In this document: positions 29,176-40,739 of the stretch, piece after piece
Position numbering within the stretch: the first letter of the stretch is position 1
How the letters are laid out: each line of letters opens with the position of its first letter
Assembly: GCA_051599415.1 (NCBI GenBank)
Contig: AP039704.1
Coordinates: 1-64,000 of the forward strand
Reading direction: 5' to 3'
DNA: 64,000 nucleotides
Source: Savitreella phatthalungensis
Taxonomy: Eukaryota
Translations under genes and position numbers: made by a program
Notes under the pieces: generated by a model
What the model was told of the DNA's origin: nothing
Database searches by the model: none
What the model saw: the letters and a program-made list of their open reading frames with translations, nothing else

Positions 29176-32100
29176 CTACTTGGTGGGCTTGCGCTGCATG
29201 CGCTCATAGATGCCCTTGATCGCCTTGTGTGACACGGGTTTCGGCCAGAAGTAGGCTGCGAAGACCCAGAGGTGCTTGTCGAGCTTGTCATCCCGACCGG
29301 CCTCTTCTGAGATGAAGTCACCGACTTGCGAGATACATTCGCGCAGAGTCCGCTTCTTTTCGTCCACTGGCAGCTCGTCCACCTTTCGAAGCCGCTTCAG
29401 GTACCCCTTCATTGGCTTCATCTTCAGCTTGCACCCATCTTCGTCCATCGACTCGTACTCGCTGCCGGAGAACTCCGCAGGCTCGCGCTTGGGCTCCTGT
29501 GGGGCCTTCTTCTTGCTCTTCAGCTTCGGCGCGGTACTGGCTGGGCGTGATGGCTCGTTCTTGACCTTCTTTCCCTGTGTCTTGCCGGCCTGCTCTCTGA
29601 GGGCGAGGAGCAAGGTATCGCATCGTCTAGCTAGGTGGACTGGCCCTGGCGCCGATTTGTCGCCCTCATCCAGGTACAGTTTCCCCTGCATGTCGAGTTC
29701 TTCGTCCTCCTTGATCTGCTGCCATGCACCAAACCCATACCGGTCGATGCCGTACAGCAGCATTGAGTCCTCGCGCACGCCCCAGGAGCACGCCCACCCG
29801 GACGGCTGCTTCACCTGTGCCGTGACTCTGAAAGCCTTTGGGGTGGTGTCGCCGATGACCTTGCGCAGCATGGGCAGAGAAGCATGCCGCTCGAGGAAGC
29901 TCTCTGCGTTGAGCGCCTTCACACCACGAACCTCGATCAGCAGCGCCTTCTGCTTCTTCTTCTCCGCAGGCGTTAGTGGATTCGCTCGCTCGCGCTCTTC
30001 CTGCTCTCGTACGGCTTTCTTGCATTCCGCAAGAAGTTCCGACAGGCAGTCCCTGACTTTGGTCTCCTCATGCGCCTCCAGATGAGCCTCTCGGACGAGC
30101 TCCGGGTAACGATCTGGACCGTACTTTCGGACAGCGTTGTAGAGGTTGCGGACGTCCCGTTCGGACATTTCCCTGTCCTTTGGAGTCGTGCGCTTCGTCG
30201 GTGGTTTTCGTCTGGTCGAGCCTGTCTCCGACGGTGCCGGCGAGTCCGTGATTGGCTTGCGCTTCCTCTCGGCTAGCGCCTGCCGTTCCTCTTCCAACCG
30301 AGCCTCCTCGCGCCTGGCTTCCTCGGCCTTGATCCGCGCGCGTTCCTCTGCCGGAATAATGTCGTCCCATGTAACGTCGTCCATCTTATAGTCCTCCACA
30401 GTGAATTGTCGGAGGAAGTCTTCACCTCCCATGGATGCTCCGCCGACTTCACCTGTGGTGTCGTGATCCTCGGCATGCGCGAGCACGTCATCCAGGTTCA
30501 TCTCCTCCAACTTCTTCTGGTTGTCGTTTGCCTTGAACATGGTAGATGCGCCGGCCTTGAGGATCTGTGAGAGCTCGTTCACGGAGAGATCGTTTGACTT
30601 GACCTTTGCCTGGTACGACTTGTCCGTGACACCGAGAGAGATGATGGCGTATTCGAGGATCATTTTCCGCCGAGCCTTCTCCAATACGTCCTCCTCGATC
30701 GTGTTCTTGCTCACCATCCGGTAGACGTTCACGTGGTTCTTCTGGCCGATGCGATGTGCGCGGGCCATCGCCTGTAAGTCTGCCTGTGGGTTCCAGTCCG
30801 AATCGAAGATGATGACCGTATCAGCCGTCATAAGGTTGATCCCAAGACCGCCGGCGCGGGTCGACAGCAGGAAGACAAAGTCCGGAGAGCCCGGTGCATT
30901 GAAGTGGTCGATCCGTACTCGACGCGTCGCTGAAGGCACCGTTCCGTCTAACCGCTGGTACTGCATGCCTCGCATTGCCAGATAGTCCGAGAGGATATCG
31001 AGCATGCGCACCATCTGGCTGAAGATCAACACCCTGTGGCCGTCCTTCTTCAACCGCGACAGTAGCTTGTCGAGGAAGACCATCTTTCCGCTGTTCATGA
31101 CCATGCCGCGCAGGACATCATCCCTGGATGCACCTTCGACGTGCGTCATGAATTGATCTTCCGAGCCGTCAAACAGGTATGGATGATTCGACGCCTTCTT
31201 CAGCTCGGCCAAGATGTTGAGCAGGTTGTGTTGCGCACCTGGACCGGAGGCTGCATTCAGGGCAGAGTAATTCCGCGTCAGGATGTTCTTGTAGTAATTC
31301 TGCTGCATGTCTGACAGGTCCACTCGGATAATTCGCTCGCTCTTGCCAGGCAGGGACTTCTCCACATCTTTTTTGAGTCGGCGAAGGATGAATGGCTGTA
31401 GACGCTTGTGCAGGTCGCGGATATATGCCTCCTGCTGTTCGTCGGGCTGCTCGAAGTTGATCTCTTGGGAGATGTCGAACTTGCCGGGCATGAGGAAGTC
31501 CACGAGTGCGGCCAACTCTTTGATGTTGTTCTGCAGCGGCGTGCCAGTGATGAGCAGTCGATTCGCCGTCCGGAACTCACGCAGGGCTTCGTAGAGCTGC
31601 GACTCTGCGTTTTTCAGTCGGTGTGCCTCATCGATGGCCATGTACGACCACTTGATGGCCCCGAGCTCCGCTCGATCTTTCAGAATGTACTCGTACGTCG
31701 TTAGGAGCACGTTGAATTTGGGTCTCCTCCGGGTCGCATCCATGAACCACTCGTACTCGCGCTGCGTCTCTCGAGCTTTCGTGTTACCGAGATAAGTGAT
31801 GCAGTTCAAGTCACTTGCCCATAGACTTAGGGTCTCCTGCCATGCAGGCACCGTGCTCAGCGGGACGACCACAAGGAACGGTCCGGTCAGCTTCAATGCA
31901 TGTACGAGATAGCTGAGGAAGGACACTGTCTGCACGGTCTTGCCCAGACCCATCTCGTCCGCCAAGATACCGTTCTCGTTCTTCGCCCACAGGTATGCCA
32001 TCCAGTTGAGGCCAGTGAGCTGGAAATCACGGAGCTCGCCTCCCGTGATGTATCGTGGCTGGGCGTCGAGCTTCTTGAACCGCGGTCGATTAGTCGCACT

Positions 32101-33144
32101 GTAGTGCTGCGATGCTCCGGGGGAGATTGCACTGTTGCTGCGATCCAGGAACGCGTCGATGCAAGCCTGGGCGTCTTCTGGCAGATCCGCTACGGTCTCC
32201 CACGTGCAACTGTCGTAATATAAGCCGCGCCACTTGATGAAATACTCCAACCCGTCATCGCCATCTCGTGAATCCACCACACGCTCGACCGTCTTGTACT
32301 CCTCAAGAGCTTCGAGCCTGCGCTCTCGCTCGATGTCCATCGCCTCGATGTCTTCGCGCGTTGTCGACGGATCCTCACGAATTTCCCGATCTTGGACAAC
32401 GAATTGCCGAATGTAGTTGTCCACGCGCTTGAATCCGCGGTAGCCCGACAGATACGCATAGGTCTGCCAGGTGTTGTGGAGATGTGAGCTCGACTGCCAC
32501 TTGACAAGGAATTCGCCCTCGGTCTTGGGATCAGTTACGTCACGTGGTCGGTGGTCGAGGACGAGCTCAATGCCGTCCGTCTGTACGGTCGGGGTGACGT
32601 ATGCCTCGCTCGCATCGGATGCGAGAAACTCCTCTTCTTCGTCTCCCTCGGCGTAGTTCACATTGCCCCGGCGGTAGGATGTCTCGTCCTCGGATGAAGA
32701 GGTCTGAACGCGCTTCGTCCGCTGCACCTTCCTTCGCTTCGTGGATCTGCCTGGAGTAAAGTCGCTATCTCCGTCATCACTAGCTATTCGACGTGTCTGC
32801 TGCTGGTGATGCTGTTGCTGCGGACGCTTGGGCGGTGGTGGCTTCACCTTGGCCTTTGCCTTTGCTTTAGCACGTGCTTTTGTCTTGGACTTGGCCGTGG
32901 GTATGTAGTCGTCGTCATCTTCATCTTCCCCTTCGGGCTCGTCGTCGTCCTCATCCTCGTCATCCGCGGCGGCATAGTCACTGCCGGCGTCCGAGGATTC
33001 CTCGAGATCACTCGGTGGCTCCGATAGTGATCCATCGCTCGAGATCTCACTCGCAGCCAGCTCTCTCTCCAGATCAAGAGCCATGTCATCGTCGCTGTCG
33101 TGAACGCGTCCGTTCGTCCCAGTATGGGACACTGCGGCGGACAT
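29176..33144 (-). CDS. CHD1: Chromodomain helicase CHD1/Hrp family remodeler
   Basis: Tandem chromodomains ([24 protein letters not shown]), SNF2 ATPase ([28 protein letters not shown]), SANT/SLIDE-like and C-terminal helical domain; ATG at 33144. Confidence 0.98.
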   Translation of the reverse strand: MSAAVSHTGTNGRVHDSDDDMALDLERELAASEISSDGSLSEPPSDLEESSDAGSDYAAADDEDEDDDEPEGEDEDDDDYIPTAKSKTKARAKAKAKAKVKPPPPKRPQQQHHQQQTRRIASDDGDSDFTPGRSTKRRKVQRTKRVQTSSSEDETSYRRGNVNYAEGDEEEEFLASDASEAYVTPTVQTDGIELVLDHRPRDVTDPKTEGEFLVKWQSSSHLHNTWQTYAYLSGYRGFKRVDNYIRQFVVQDREIREDPSTTREDIEAMDIERERRLEALEEYKTVERVVDSRDGDDGLEYFIKWRGLYYDSCTWETVADLPEDAQACIDAFLDRSNSAISPGASQHYSATNRPRFKKLDAQPRYITGGELRDFQLTGLNWMAYLWAKNENGILADEMGLGKTVQTVSFLSYLVHALKLTGPFLVVVPLSTVPAWQETLSLWASDLNCITYLGNTKARETQREYEWFMDATRRRPKFNVLLTTYEYILKDRAELGAIKWSYMAIDEAHRLKNAESQLYEALREFRTANRLLITGTPLQNNIKELAALVDFLMPGKFDISQEINFEQPDEQQEAYIRDLHKRLQPFILRRLKKDVEKSLPGKSERIIRVDLSDMQQNYYKNILTRNYSALNAASGPGAQHNLLNILAELKKASNHPYLFDGSEDQFMTHVEGASRDDVLRGMVMNSGKMVFLDKLLSRLKKDGHRVLIFSQMVRMLDILSDYLAMRGMQYQRLDGTVPSATRRVRIDHFNAPGSPDFVFLLSTRAGGLGINLMTADTVIIFDSDWNPQADLQAMARAHRIGQKNHVNVYRMVSKNTIEEDVLEKARRKMILEYAIISLGVTDKSYQAKVKSNDLSVNELSQILKAGASTMFKANDNQKKLEEMNLDDVLAHAEDHDTTGEVGGASMGGEDFLRQFTVEDYKMDDVTWDDIIPAEERARIKAEEARREEARLEEERQALAERKRKPITDSPAPSETGSTRRKPPTKRTTPKDREMSERDVRNLYNAVRKYGPDRYPELVREAHLEAHEETKVRDCLSELLAECKKAVREQEERERANPLTPAEKKKQKALLIEVRGVKALNAESFLERHASLPMLRKVIGDTTPKAFRVTAQVKQPSGWACSWGVREDSMLLYGIDRYGFGAWQQIKEDEELDMQGKLYLDEGDKSAPGPVHLARRCDTLLLALREQAGKTQGKKVKNEPSRPASTAPKLKSKKKAPQEPKREPAEFSGSEYESMDEDGCKLKMKPMKGYLKRLRKVDELPVDEKKRTLRECISQVGDFISEEAGRDDKLDKHLWVFAAYFWPKPVSHKAIKGIYERMQRKPTK

Positions 33145-33595
33145 CACCCGACGACTTTGACTATGTGCTAGCCTGAGGTCCCTTACGCGTCGATACTATC
33201 CCGTGCAGTTTGTGTACCTCCTTCGTATATAATGCTATACTGTATCCCTGCTTTGGAAAGGAAAACGCTTACTTCGGTAGGCTCCACGCAAGATGCATAA
33301 GTGATCAGGTTCCAGCGGAGATTTGCGAAGGGATGGGATGGGGTGGACTTGTTGGGGAGAACAGTGTCTGAGCTAGTCAAGGAAGTGGACGTCGTCATGA
33401 TCATATATTCATAGCTGTCTACGTACTCGGGATGATGGCCTTGGCTGCGGCTACCACTTGATCTGGCTGGAGATGCGAGTCGAGATACGAATCGAGGTGC
33501 GATTTCCATATCAGAAATGGCTCGAGCTGCAGCTCACTCGGGCGGGTGCGCGAGGTCTCAGATGAAGCTTTAGTCGGGCGGTGGCAGGCAGGAAT

Positions 33596-34075
33596 CTAGC
33601 GGGCTCGCTCATATGCATTCGGAGAGGCTGCCCTTGCCTTGCCTTTTCCTTTGCTACCGGCGCCACCATCGCGACCCTCCGGAGTGCGCCGTTTCTGGCC
33701 CTCGTCACCGCTGCTCTCGCTCAGCGACGTCTCCCCTTGCGACTGGCTGGTACGCGTACGTTCATGCTCGTGATGACGGCATGGAGAATTCTCTGCATTA
33801 CTGTCATCGCTGTCGTCTTCCGAGGAAGATTCGTCAAAGTTGCGCGGCTTGTGGTAGATGCAGCAGATCTTGCTAGACTTCCTTCCGAGACCTTCGTTGT
33901 CCACTGTGCCAGTCGTCCACCTCACGCGCGGCCGAGCCGGCTGCCTTGAAGAACCTGCCTGTGCAATGGATGTCTCATCTGGCCTTAAGACGAGTCTGCC
34001 GACCGTTCGACCCTGCTGAGGGATGTCGGTGGACGTCGCAGTCTGCGATCCACCGTGAGCGCCTGCACGAGACAT
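33596..34075 (-). CDS. YPI1: Protein phosphatase 1 regulator Ypi1/Inhibitor-3
   Basis: RVRW (RVxF-type) followed by TVDNEGLGRKSSKICCIYHKPR; C-terminal SPNAYER. Confidence 0.95.
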   Translation of the reverse strand: MSRAGAHGGSQTATSTDIPQQGRTVGRLVLRPDETSIAQAGSSRQPARPRVRWTTGTVDNEGLGRKSSKICCIYHKPRNFDESSSEDDSDDSNAENSPCRHHEHERTRTSQSQGETSLSESSGDEGQKRRTPEGRDGGAGSKGKGKARAASPNAYERAR

Positions 34076-34269
34076 ATGAAGGTTGAGCGCCGTAGGACTA
34101 CGTCACCCTTGACATGCGTGGATAGAGAGAACAGGTGTTTTTGATGGAAGCTCTTTTGTCTGTTTGGTTTAGCGATTGAGACCTCGAAATACTGATGCAC
34201 GTGATGATGGATCGATGACCTCAGCGTTGAAGATTAGCACACTTTGGCGTAGAGGACAAAAGACCAAGG

Positions 34270-34698
34270 ATGCTTAGATCTCGAGTCTTGCGTGCGGCAG
34301 AGTCATTTCCCTCGAGGCCGAGGGAGCCTCGGGGGCCAAAAATTCCCCTGATGCAGCCGCTGCCGCTGTACCGACTGATTCTGCGGACACACAGACTCAA
34401 GCTGCCTGATCACTTGCGCGCGGTCGGCGATCCATATGTCAAGTCAGAGTTCCGCCTGCACAAGGACATCGATAACCCCATACATATTGTCGGTTTCCTG
34501 ACGGAGTGGCAGAAATATGCTCAGGATCTGCAGGGTGAGGGTTGGCGCGGGGTCAAGATCGACAAGGACAAGGTGGACAAGATGAGCGACGAGCAGCTCG
34601 GTCAGCTGTACGAGCTCATGCAGGCTGCTCGTGATCAGCAAGAGGCCAAGGAGGTATCTGACGCTCACGAGCTCATCGACAGGATCATCTCGAAGTAG
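34270..34698 (+). CDS. SDH7: Succinate dehydrogenase assembly factor 3 (Acn9/Sdh7), LYR family
   Basis: PLYRLILRTHR..LP..LR.VGD.YVKSEFRLHK..DNPIHIVGFLTEWQ.Y; basic N-terminal presequence. Confidence 0.93.
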   Translation: MLRSRVLRAAESFPSRPREPRGPKIPLMQPLPLYRLILRTHRLKLPDHLRAVGDPYVKSEFRLHKDIDNPIHIVGFLTEWQKYAQDLQGEGWRGVKIDKDKVDKMSDEQLGQLYELMQAARDQQEAKEVSDAHELIDRIISK

Positions 34699-34745
34699 AT
34701 AATAAAGGTAGGTACAAAAATTGGGAGGGCACTCGCCGGACGCCG

Positions 34746-35678
34746 CTAAGCTGCTGCAGCCTCGATTTGCAAAGCACCCTCGGCTTCGCCTTCTGGCTGA
34801 CGCCAAAGTGTGATTTCGGATTGCTTGAAGTATCGACGATTCTCCTCGTCCAGGAGCACGAGGGAGAGTAGGTAGCGGGCGGAGAACTTCTTGTTGACAT
34901 CCCGGAAGGTCGGCGTGAGGTCGAAGCCGCCGAGGAAAAGTCTGATAGGGATAGTCTCGCCGCGCACGGGTGCACCATCCATAATCTCAAACTTTGTAAT
35001 GGTCTCTGACTCATTGTACTGATTCGGCGCCGTGCCCGTCGTCTCTCTGCGGATAATGGAAAGCTCCATGTGCTTGATCTTCAGCCGGACGAGAAGGAAG
35101 TAGATTTTGCCAACGATCACGTCTTTCAAGTGGTACTTTGCTTTCGAGTACTCGAACTCGATGTGCAGACAGTCCTCGATGCCGACGTCCATCTTGATGA
35201 CGGAGTTACCTTCCGGTGGCGCCTTGTAGGAGTACACCCAGATGTCCTTCTCCCTAACAACATCAGGCATACGCCGGCTGACTGTGACGCGTACAAAATA
35301 GCGTAGTCGTACGTTGATGCCGTGGTAGGACTCGTACTGCTTCTCTACGTTTTTGAACTCGAATGGGAAATCGACGGCGTTGCGCAACTCGCCTGGTGCT
35401 GCGAGCTCTTGCTGCTGTGATAGAAACTCGTAGTGATTACCGCGATCGAAGAAGAGCTCGATGCTGCCGATGAATTGCACCTTGATACCGTTGTGCTCTA
35501 GCCGCCGACCGTCCTTTGGCCGGATTGTAACCACACCCTTGACACTCTCTCCGTCCGCATACAATGGCGCCTTCTCCTTCCTGTCCTTCCCGACTTTCAT
35601 GTCCACGAGCTTCCGACCGTCCTCGCCATCCAGACGGATGTCGATGTCCAGCGGGGCCTTGAACAGGAGCGACGCCAT
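34746..35678 (-). CDS. VPS26: Retromer subunit Vps26
   Basis: KMDVGIEDCLHIEFEYSK, VGKIYFLLVRLKIKHMELS, MDGAPVRGETIPIRLFL, RRYFKQ. Confidence 0.98.
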   Translation of the reverse strand: MASLLFKAPLDIDIRLDGEDGRKLVDMKVGKDRKEKAPLYADGESVKGVVTIRPKDGRRLEHNGIKVQFIGSIELFFDRGNHYEFLSQQQELAAPGELRNAVDFPFEFKNVEKQYESYHGINVRLRYFVRVTVSRRMPDVVREKDIWVYSYKAPPEGNSVIKMDVGIEDCLHIEFEYSKAKYHLKDVIVGKIYFLLVRLKIKHMELSIIRRETTGTAPNQYNESETITKFEIMDGAPVRGETIPIRLFLGGFDLTPTFRDVNKKFSARYLLSLVLLDEENRRYFKQSEITLWRQPEGEAEGALQIEAAAA

Positions 35679-35773
35679 GGCGTGCGTGTCGGGTCGTCAA
35701 GTGATTGTCGTCATAAATCTTGCATTCATTTCATTCATCCATTCATTCCAGGCGTGGGGTAGTAAAACTAAAT

Positions 35774-36985
35774 TTACAGGCGATTGGCTACGAGATCTTT
35801 GCCGAGCACAAACTCTGCACCACGCCAGCGGATCCTGTCACTCGCCATCGCTCTGGCCCATAGGACGATCGCAGTAAGCTCGCGACGCAGATATGCATGT
35901 ACCCAGGTCATCCAATCGTGCTGGAGTGTCGAGGTGAATCCTGCAGGCAGCTCATCCTGGCGGAACAGGTGCAGGTGACGCCACACCAGTGCATCTACCA
36001 CGAGTGAACCTCCCGTTATAAGGATTGTCAAGCCGAACGCGAGGCTGAGAGAGTGACGATAAGCAAGCGACAGGCAGCCAATAACTGCACTTGGGACGAC
36101 CTCGATCAGAGGCTCGACGAGGGTGGATGCGAGCTCCATGTACTTCCGGACGCGTACCCACCTAATTCGCCGCTCTGCAAAGTCGATGGCTGTGACGCGG
36201 GCCAAAGGCTGTCTGACAGGATCATTGGCGAGGACGTGAGTTCCTCTGCCGCGCCAGACAGAGCATGCGATCAGATGGTCTTCGGCAATGTACTTTGCGA
36301 ATGGACCGATTCCATCAGGGAGTGCATCTGCACGTAGCATGTTGCTCTTGCCCATCACGCACGGAGCAATGTTGCAGAAGTTGATGAAGGCGTACATCCT
36401 CGCGTGCATCGTGCCGAGATAGACGTCATCCAGTCGAGCGCCCACATGCTCTCGCTCGAGCGCATGCGCCAGAGGAATGTTGTGGACGAGATTCACGCGC
36501 GGGTCACGGAAGTGGACGACGGACCTACGGAGCGTGCCGGGATGGGTCCAGACATTGGCGTCCAGCATCCATCGGAGAGCATGCTTGGCCTGTTGCCATG
36601 GTCGCACCAGGTTGCACACCTTCGGGTTCGGTCCAACGTCGACATCGCCCACGCATAGCTTCGCATCGACCTCAGGAAACTCTGCAATGACCTGCTGACC
36701 GACTGCAGCGGCGGGATCGTCTGCACTCGCGACCGCCAGTATGATTTCGATTGGTCCGCTGTAGTCTTGAAGGAAGCATGAACGCAGACACTCTGCTAAC
36801 TTTGGATCTAGGCCTTTCATCGGTCGAATAATTGTTACACCAGGTGTCAGCAGTGCCTCTTCGCCAGAGTCATTGCGTGCATATGCGGTCAAGGTGACGA
36901 GTCCTGAGATCAGCCGTAATGTGGTTGTGAAGGCGTACCAGGCGAGCCCCAGACCACAGATGACATCCCAAAAGCTGACCGTCAT
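35774..36985 (-). CDS. Glucosylceramide synthase (GT21)
   Basis: N-terminal TM; VTIIRPMKGLD, VGPNPKVCNL, PCVMGKS, YIAEDH, RRIRWVRVRKY. Confidence 0.93.
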   Translation of the reverse strand: MTVSFWDVICGLGLAWYAFTTTLRLISGLVTLTAYARNDSGEEALLTPGVTIIRPMKGLDPKLAECLRSCFLQDYSGPIEIILAVASADDPAAAVGQQVIAEFPEVDAKLCVGDVDVGPNPKVCNLVRPWQQAKHALRWMLDANVWTHPGTLRRSVVHFRDPRVNLVHNIPLAHALEREHVGARLDDVYLGTMHARMYAFINFCNIAPCVMGKSNMLRADALPDGIGPFAKYIAEDHLIACSVWRGRGTHVLANDPVRQPLARVTAIDFAERRIRWVRVRKYMELASTLVEPLIEVVPSAVIGCLSLAYRHSLSLAFGLTILITGGSLVVDALVWRHLHLFRQDELPAGFTSTLQHDWMTWVHAYLRRELTAIVLWARAMASDRIRWRGAEFVLGKDLVANRL

Positions 36986-37382
36986 CGCAGCAAGCCTCGC
37001 GTTGTTTCCAAGAATGATTAGACCTGAAGGAACCTTGCTCTTACATGGAGCCTCGTCCCATAATCATACACACAGAGAGCCAATCCGTACGTCCTGTTCT
37101 ATCGTTCCAGGTCCATATGTGACGTTCTTGTGAGTGTTATGGTGTGTCTCTGAAACAAAATGCTAATGATGTAAATTCTGAAATCACGTGATCTTAGCCC
37201 ATTTTTTTTAGCTCTCTGTGGAGTCATGCAGGCAGAGTTGATTTTTGCTACCTTGAGGGTTATAATTCATGCCAAGCTGTCACTCGACCGTCCTCGCAAG
37301 CACATACTGTCCCTGTCGGTCTCCCGTTCACAAGGAACAGTAGTCGATCGTATTGATGGGGTCGCACGGATACCGCTAGACG

Positions 37383-38984
37383 ATGACTCATACAACTTCG
37401 TGTTGTCGGCCGGAAACGCCGCCGCTGTCATGCGATGGATGTGTTCCGTGTGAGGGCGAGGACTGCAGCCCGTGTGAAGCTGGCAATTGCGACGGTGACA
37501 ACTGTGAGGGCACAGTCATCTGCTGTGAGGGCGACGACTGTAATTTGAACGATGCGCCATGTCTGGACGATTGTCACGAGTGGGGGGCTGATGGCCACGG
37601 GACGGTGATATACCACGACCATGCTCACGCAAACCCGACTGCTTGCTGCTTCCATGAGCACAATACTGATTTCCACGGAATGACAAACTTCGCTGCGTGC
37701 TGCGGGACGCTGGATGTGCTGTCGCAGGGTGCCTCAGCCGCGAGCACGCCGAGTGGGACACTCTACGGAGGGTCGACTGCGACGACACTGACGCCTTCGA
37801 CGCCACAGGAAGAGCCTATGTTCGAGCCACCGCTGCCATTCCACTGCCACTGGGACAGATGCGACCTGTCGTTCTTTGACGCTCTCCAATTCGACGAGCA
37901 CCTGCTGACGACGCACATCAAGCCTACCGACACGGTCTTGCCTTCGTGCGCTCCTCCTGCACCTCCAGTCCCAACCCCATCGCTCGTCGCGTGCGAGTGG
38001 GACCATTGCCACAAACGCCCTGCATCCCCGAAGGCGCTGTTCGAGCACCTGAAGCAGGACCACGTCTCTGTGAGCGAGGGACATCACCACCTGTGCCGAT
38101 GGCTTGTGGCTGACGCTGTGAGTGGGAAGATCACTCCGTGCGGTGCATGCCTGCCTTCTGCAGAGGCACTGACGAAGCACGTGACCGAACTCCACATCCC
38201 CACCCGGCAGAAGAGCTACGTGTGCTACTGGGACGGATGCACGCGCGAGCACCGTAAACCATTCACCCAGCGTCAGAAGATCCTCCGTCACCTGGTCTCC
38301 CACACGGGCGACCGGCCATTCGCCTGCCCCTACGACGGCTGCACCTACCGGTGCTCCGACCCACTTGTCCTGCGGCAGCACGAGCGCACGCACACAGGCG
38401 AGCGGCCTTGCGTGTGTGGTGTGTGCGGGAAGGGTTTTGCGGCATCGACTGCTCTGTCAGTGCACATGCGGACGCACACTGGGTACAAGCCGCTTGTGTG
38501 CAAGTGGCCTGGCTGCACTCGCCGCTTTGCCGAGTCCTCCAACTTGGCCAAACACATGCGCGTCCACGAGCGTGCAGCCGAACGTGAACGTTCTTCCTCC
38601 ACCACCACCAAACCACTCCGCGTCAAGCGCCGCCGCACCGCAGGCTCCCCATGCTGCAGCGACGATGGGTGTGTCATGCAGCCTCCACCGCCACTCACTT
38701 CGTCCTCCTCCTCTTCGTCCTCGTCCATGTCGGGGTTGTCAGAGGTGATTTCAGGTCCGATGATTGGGTTACAGCCCGTGCCTGCGCACCTGGCAGCGCA
38801 CGCCTTCACGATGCCTGTCTCCGAGAGGCCGCTGTTGGAAGGTCGAGTGATGTTGCCACTCCCGAGAGCGCTTCTGACGTCACCCACCAAGTCGGAAGAC
38901 AAAAAGACAGGGTCAAATGGAGCACAGGACAACGGAGACGTCATGCTACCTCCACTTCTCATGCCCACGCCAGCCACCCTCTAA
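37383..38984 (+). CDS. Seven-finger C2H2 transcription factor, Zap1/ZafA-like
   Basis: Seven C2H2 fingers (several CxW-type, HTGDRP/HTGERP/HTGYKP linkers, ESSNLAKHMRVH) and a Cys/His/acid-rich N-terminus. Confidence 0.85.
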   Translation: MTHTTSCCRPETPPLSCDGCVPCEGEDCSPCEAGNCDGDNCEGTVICCEGDDCNLNDAPCLDDCHEWGADGHGTVIYHDHAHANPTACCFHEHNTDFHGMTNFAACCGTLDVLSQGASAASTPSGTLYGGSTATTLTPSTPQEEPMFEPPLPFHCHWDRCDLSFFDALQFDEHLLTTHIKPTDTVLPSCAPPAPPVPTPSLVACEWDHCHKRPASPKALFEHLKQDHVSVSEGHHHLCRWLVADAVSGKITPCGACLPSAEALTKHVTELHIPTRQKSYVCYWDGCTREHRKPFTQRQKILRHLVSHTGDRPFACPYDGCTYRCSDPLVLRQHERTHTGERPCVCGVCGKGFAASTALSVHMRTHTGYKPLVCKWPGCTRRFAESSNLAKHMRVHERAAERERSSSTTTKPLRVKRRRTAGSPCCSDDGCVMQPPPPLTSSSSSSSSSMSGLSEVISGPMIGLQPVPAHLAAHAFTMPVSERPLLEGRVMLPLPRALLTSPTKSEDKKTGSNGAQDNGDVMLPPLLMPTPATL

Positions 38985-39069
38985 ACAGACAAGCGAATAG
39001 CTTTTTCGCTTTTTCCTCTTCAAGATGTATACATTTCTCTTCTTACCTGACACTCTTCTAAAGAATTCG

Positions 39070-40647
39070 TCATCTGTACTTGTCCATGAACTTCTTGTGG
39101 AAGGCGGTGATACGACCTGCAAAGTCTCCCGGCGCTAGGAAAGTTGTTCTGAAGTGAAGCGTGTCTGGCTTCTGACCGAATCCTGAGCCTGGGACGACAC
39201 AGATGCCGGTGGACTGTAGGAGTTGCATGGCGTAGAATGCGTCTGGTGACTTGTTCTGCGACTTTGCCTCCTCGAGCGCTCCAGCAGGCAGGGTAATGGA
39301 TGGGAAGAGGTACATGGCGCCCATCGGTTTCTGACACGAGTAACCCTCCATCTTGCTGAAGGCGTCGTACAGCTGGTTGGCGCGTTGGTGGAGAGTGTCT
39401 GCGATGGCGTCACGTTCCTGCGCGTACTGCGCGAATGATTCATCTCCTTCCCGAGGCGGCTTGCACATCAGGTCCACGAGGATCTGACCAGAGACAGGCG
39501 GACACAGGTTGATCGACGCCACTTTGTAGATCTGCTCTCTTGCCTCCTTTGTGAAGTTCAAGTACTCGACGTATCCGCCACGCTGGCCGCACTCGCCCAC
39601 CACGCCCTTCGAGGTCGAGTGCATGGACGCGAGCTGAACGTCGTCCTTCAGCTTCTCGTCCGACAACAGGACCTTGCGGAATGATGTGAAGGGTGGGGAG
39701 TTTGGGAAGACGTTGACCTGGTAGACTTCGTCGGCCAGACAGACGAGCTCACGCTCCTGGCAGAACTCGAGCGTGTCGCGGATGTCTGCCTCGCGCAGGG
39801 ATGCGCCTGTGGGGTTGCCAGGGTTGATGACGACGAGTGCGCGGACGTCGATGCCCTTGGCGACGGCCTCGTCGTACGCTGCCTGCATCGATGCGCGTGA
39901 CGTCGACCAGTCAGCCTCTTCGTCGAGGTAGTAAGGGACTGCATGTCCGTTGTAGAGCGCGAGCGCGGCCGTGTAGAGTGGGTATTGTGGGATCGGGATC
40001 ATGACGCCTACATTGGGCGATGCGATCATGAGCTGACATAGCAGGTGGACTGTGGCAGAGGCTCCTGCGGTCAGGTAGATGTCTTCTGGATCTGCAGCGG
40101 GCAGGTTGCCTCCGTCTCTCCGAGTGATGTAGTCTGCGACGTGCTGCCTGATCTGGCCGACGCCAGGCGTTGCACTGTATGCGCCGACGGAACCAATCTC
40201 CTCCATCAGCTCCTTTGCCCGGTCGATAGCATCCTGTGGGTAGAGTTGCCGTGCTACCTGTTCATTCTTGAGCAGTTCAGGGTACTCGCACAGGGAGACG
40301 ACCTGCCTGAAGAAGGTGATGGGCTGCTGGTCGAGTTGTTGTGGGTTGCCGATGTTGGCATGAATGACAGAGTCGAAACCTAAGGACGATGCCTTGCCCT
40401 TCTTGAGCTCCTTCTTGAGCTCTTCTGCGCGGATTGCGAGTTCTCCGCGGACTGCGTACTCTGCATTCAGCACACACGGGTTGATGTTTGACTTGTCTAG
40501 TTTGCCGCGGGATGTTTTTGAGGTGGACAGATGCCGGCGTGACATGTCCAGTCTCTGGTGTGAGGCTGTGTCACCTGCGCCCTGGACCATGCGTAGACGA
40601 AAGGCGGAAAGGAGGGCTTTGGGGGTTGATGTCCTGAAGATGGACAT
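39070..40647 (-). CDS. ALT1: Alanine aminotransferase (class I PLP enzyme) with presequence
   Basis: YAVRGE, ANIGNPQQL, VINPGNPTG, LADEVYQ, HSTSKG..GECGQRGGY, VPGSGFGQ. Confidence 0.97.
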   Translation of the reverse strand: MSIFRTSTPKALLSAFRLRMVQGAGDTASHQRLDMSRRHLSTSKTSRGKLDKSNINPCVLNAEYAVRGELAIRAEELKKELKKGKASSLGFDSVIHANIGNPQQLDQQPITFFRQVVSLCEYPELLKNEQVARQLYPQDAIDRAKELMEEIGSVGAYSATPGVGQIRQHVADYITRRDGGNLPAADPEDIYLTAGASATVHLLCQLMIASPNVGVMIPIPQYPLYTAALALYNGHAVPYYLDEEADWSTSRASMQAAYDEAVAKGIDVRALVVINPGNPTGASLREADIRDTLEFCQERELVCLADEVYQVNVFPNSPPFTSFRKVLLSDEKLKDDVQLASMHSTSKGVVGECGQRGGYVEYLNFTKEAREQIYKVASINLCPPVSGQILVDLMCKPPREGDESFAQYAQERDAIADTLHQRANQLYDAFSKMEGYSCQKPMGAMYLFPSITLPAGALEEAKSQNKSPDAFYAMQLLQSTGICVVPGSGFGQKPDTLHFRTTFLAPGDFAGRITAFHKKFMDKYR

Positions 40648-40739
40648 GGTTCTGGGGCGGATCCAGGATGGAAAAGATAAAGTGTGAATAGGCGAGCTTG
40701 GGTGGAGGTGGGTGGTGTGGGTATGACGGTGTGACCTCC

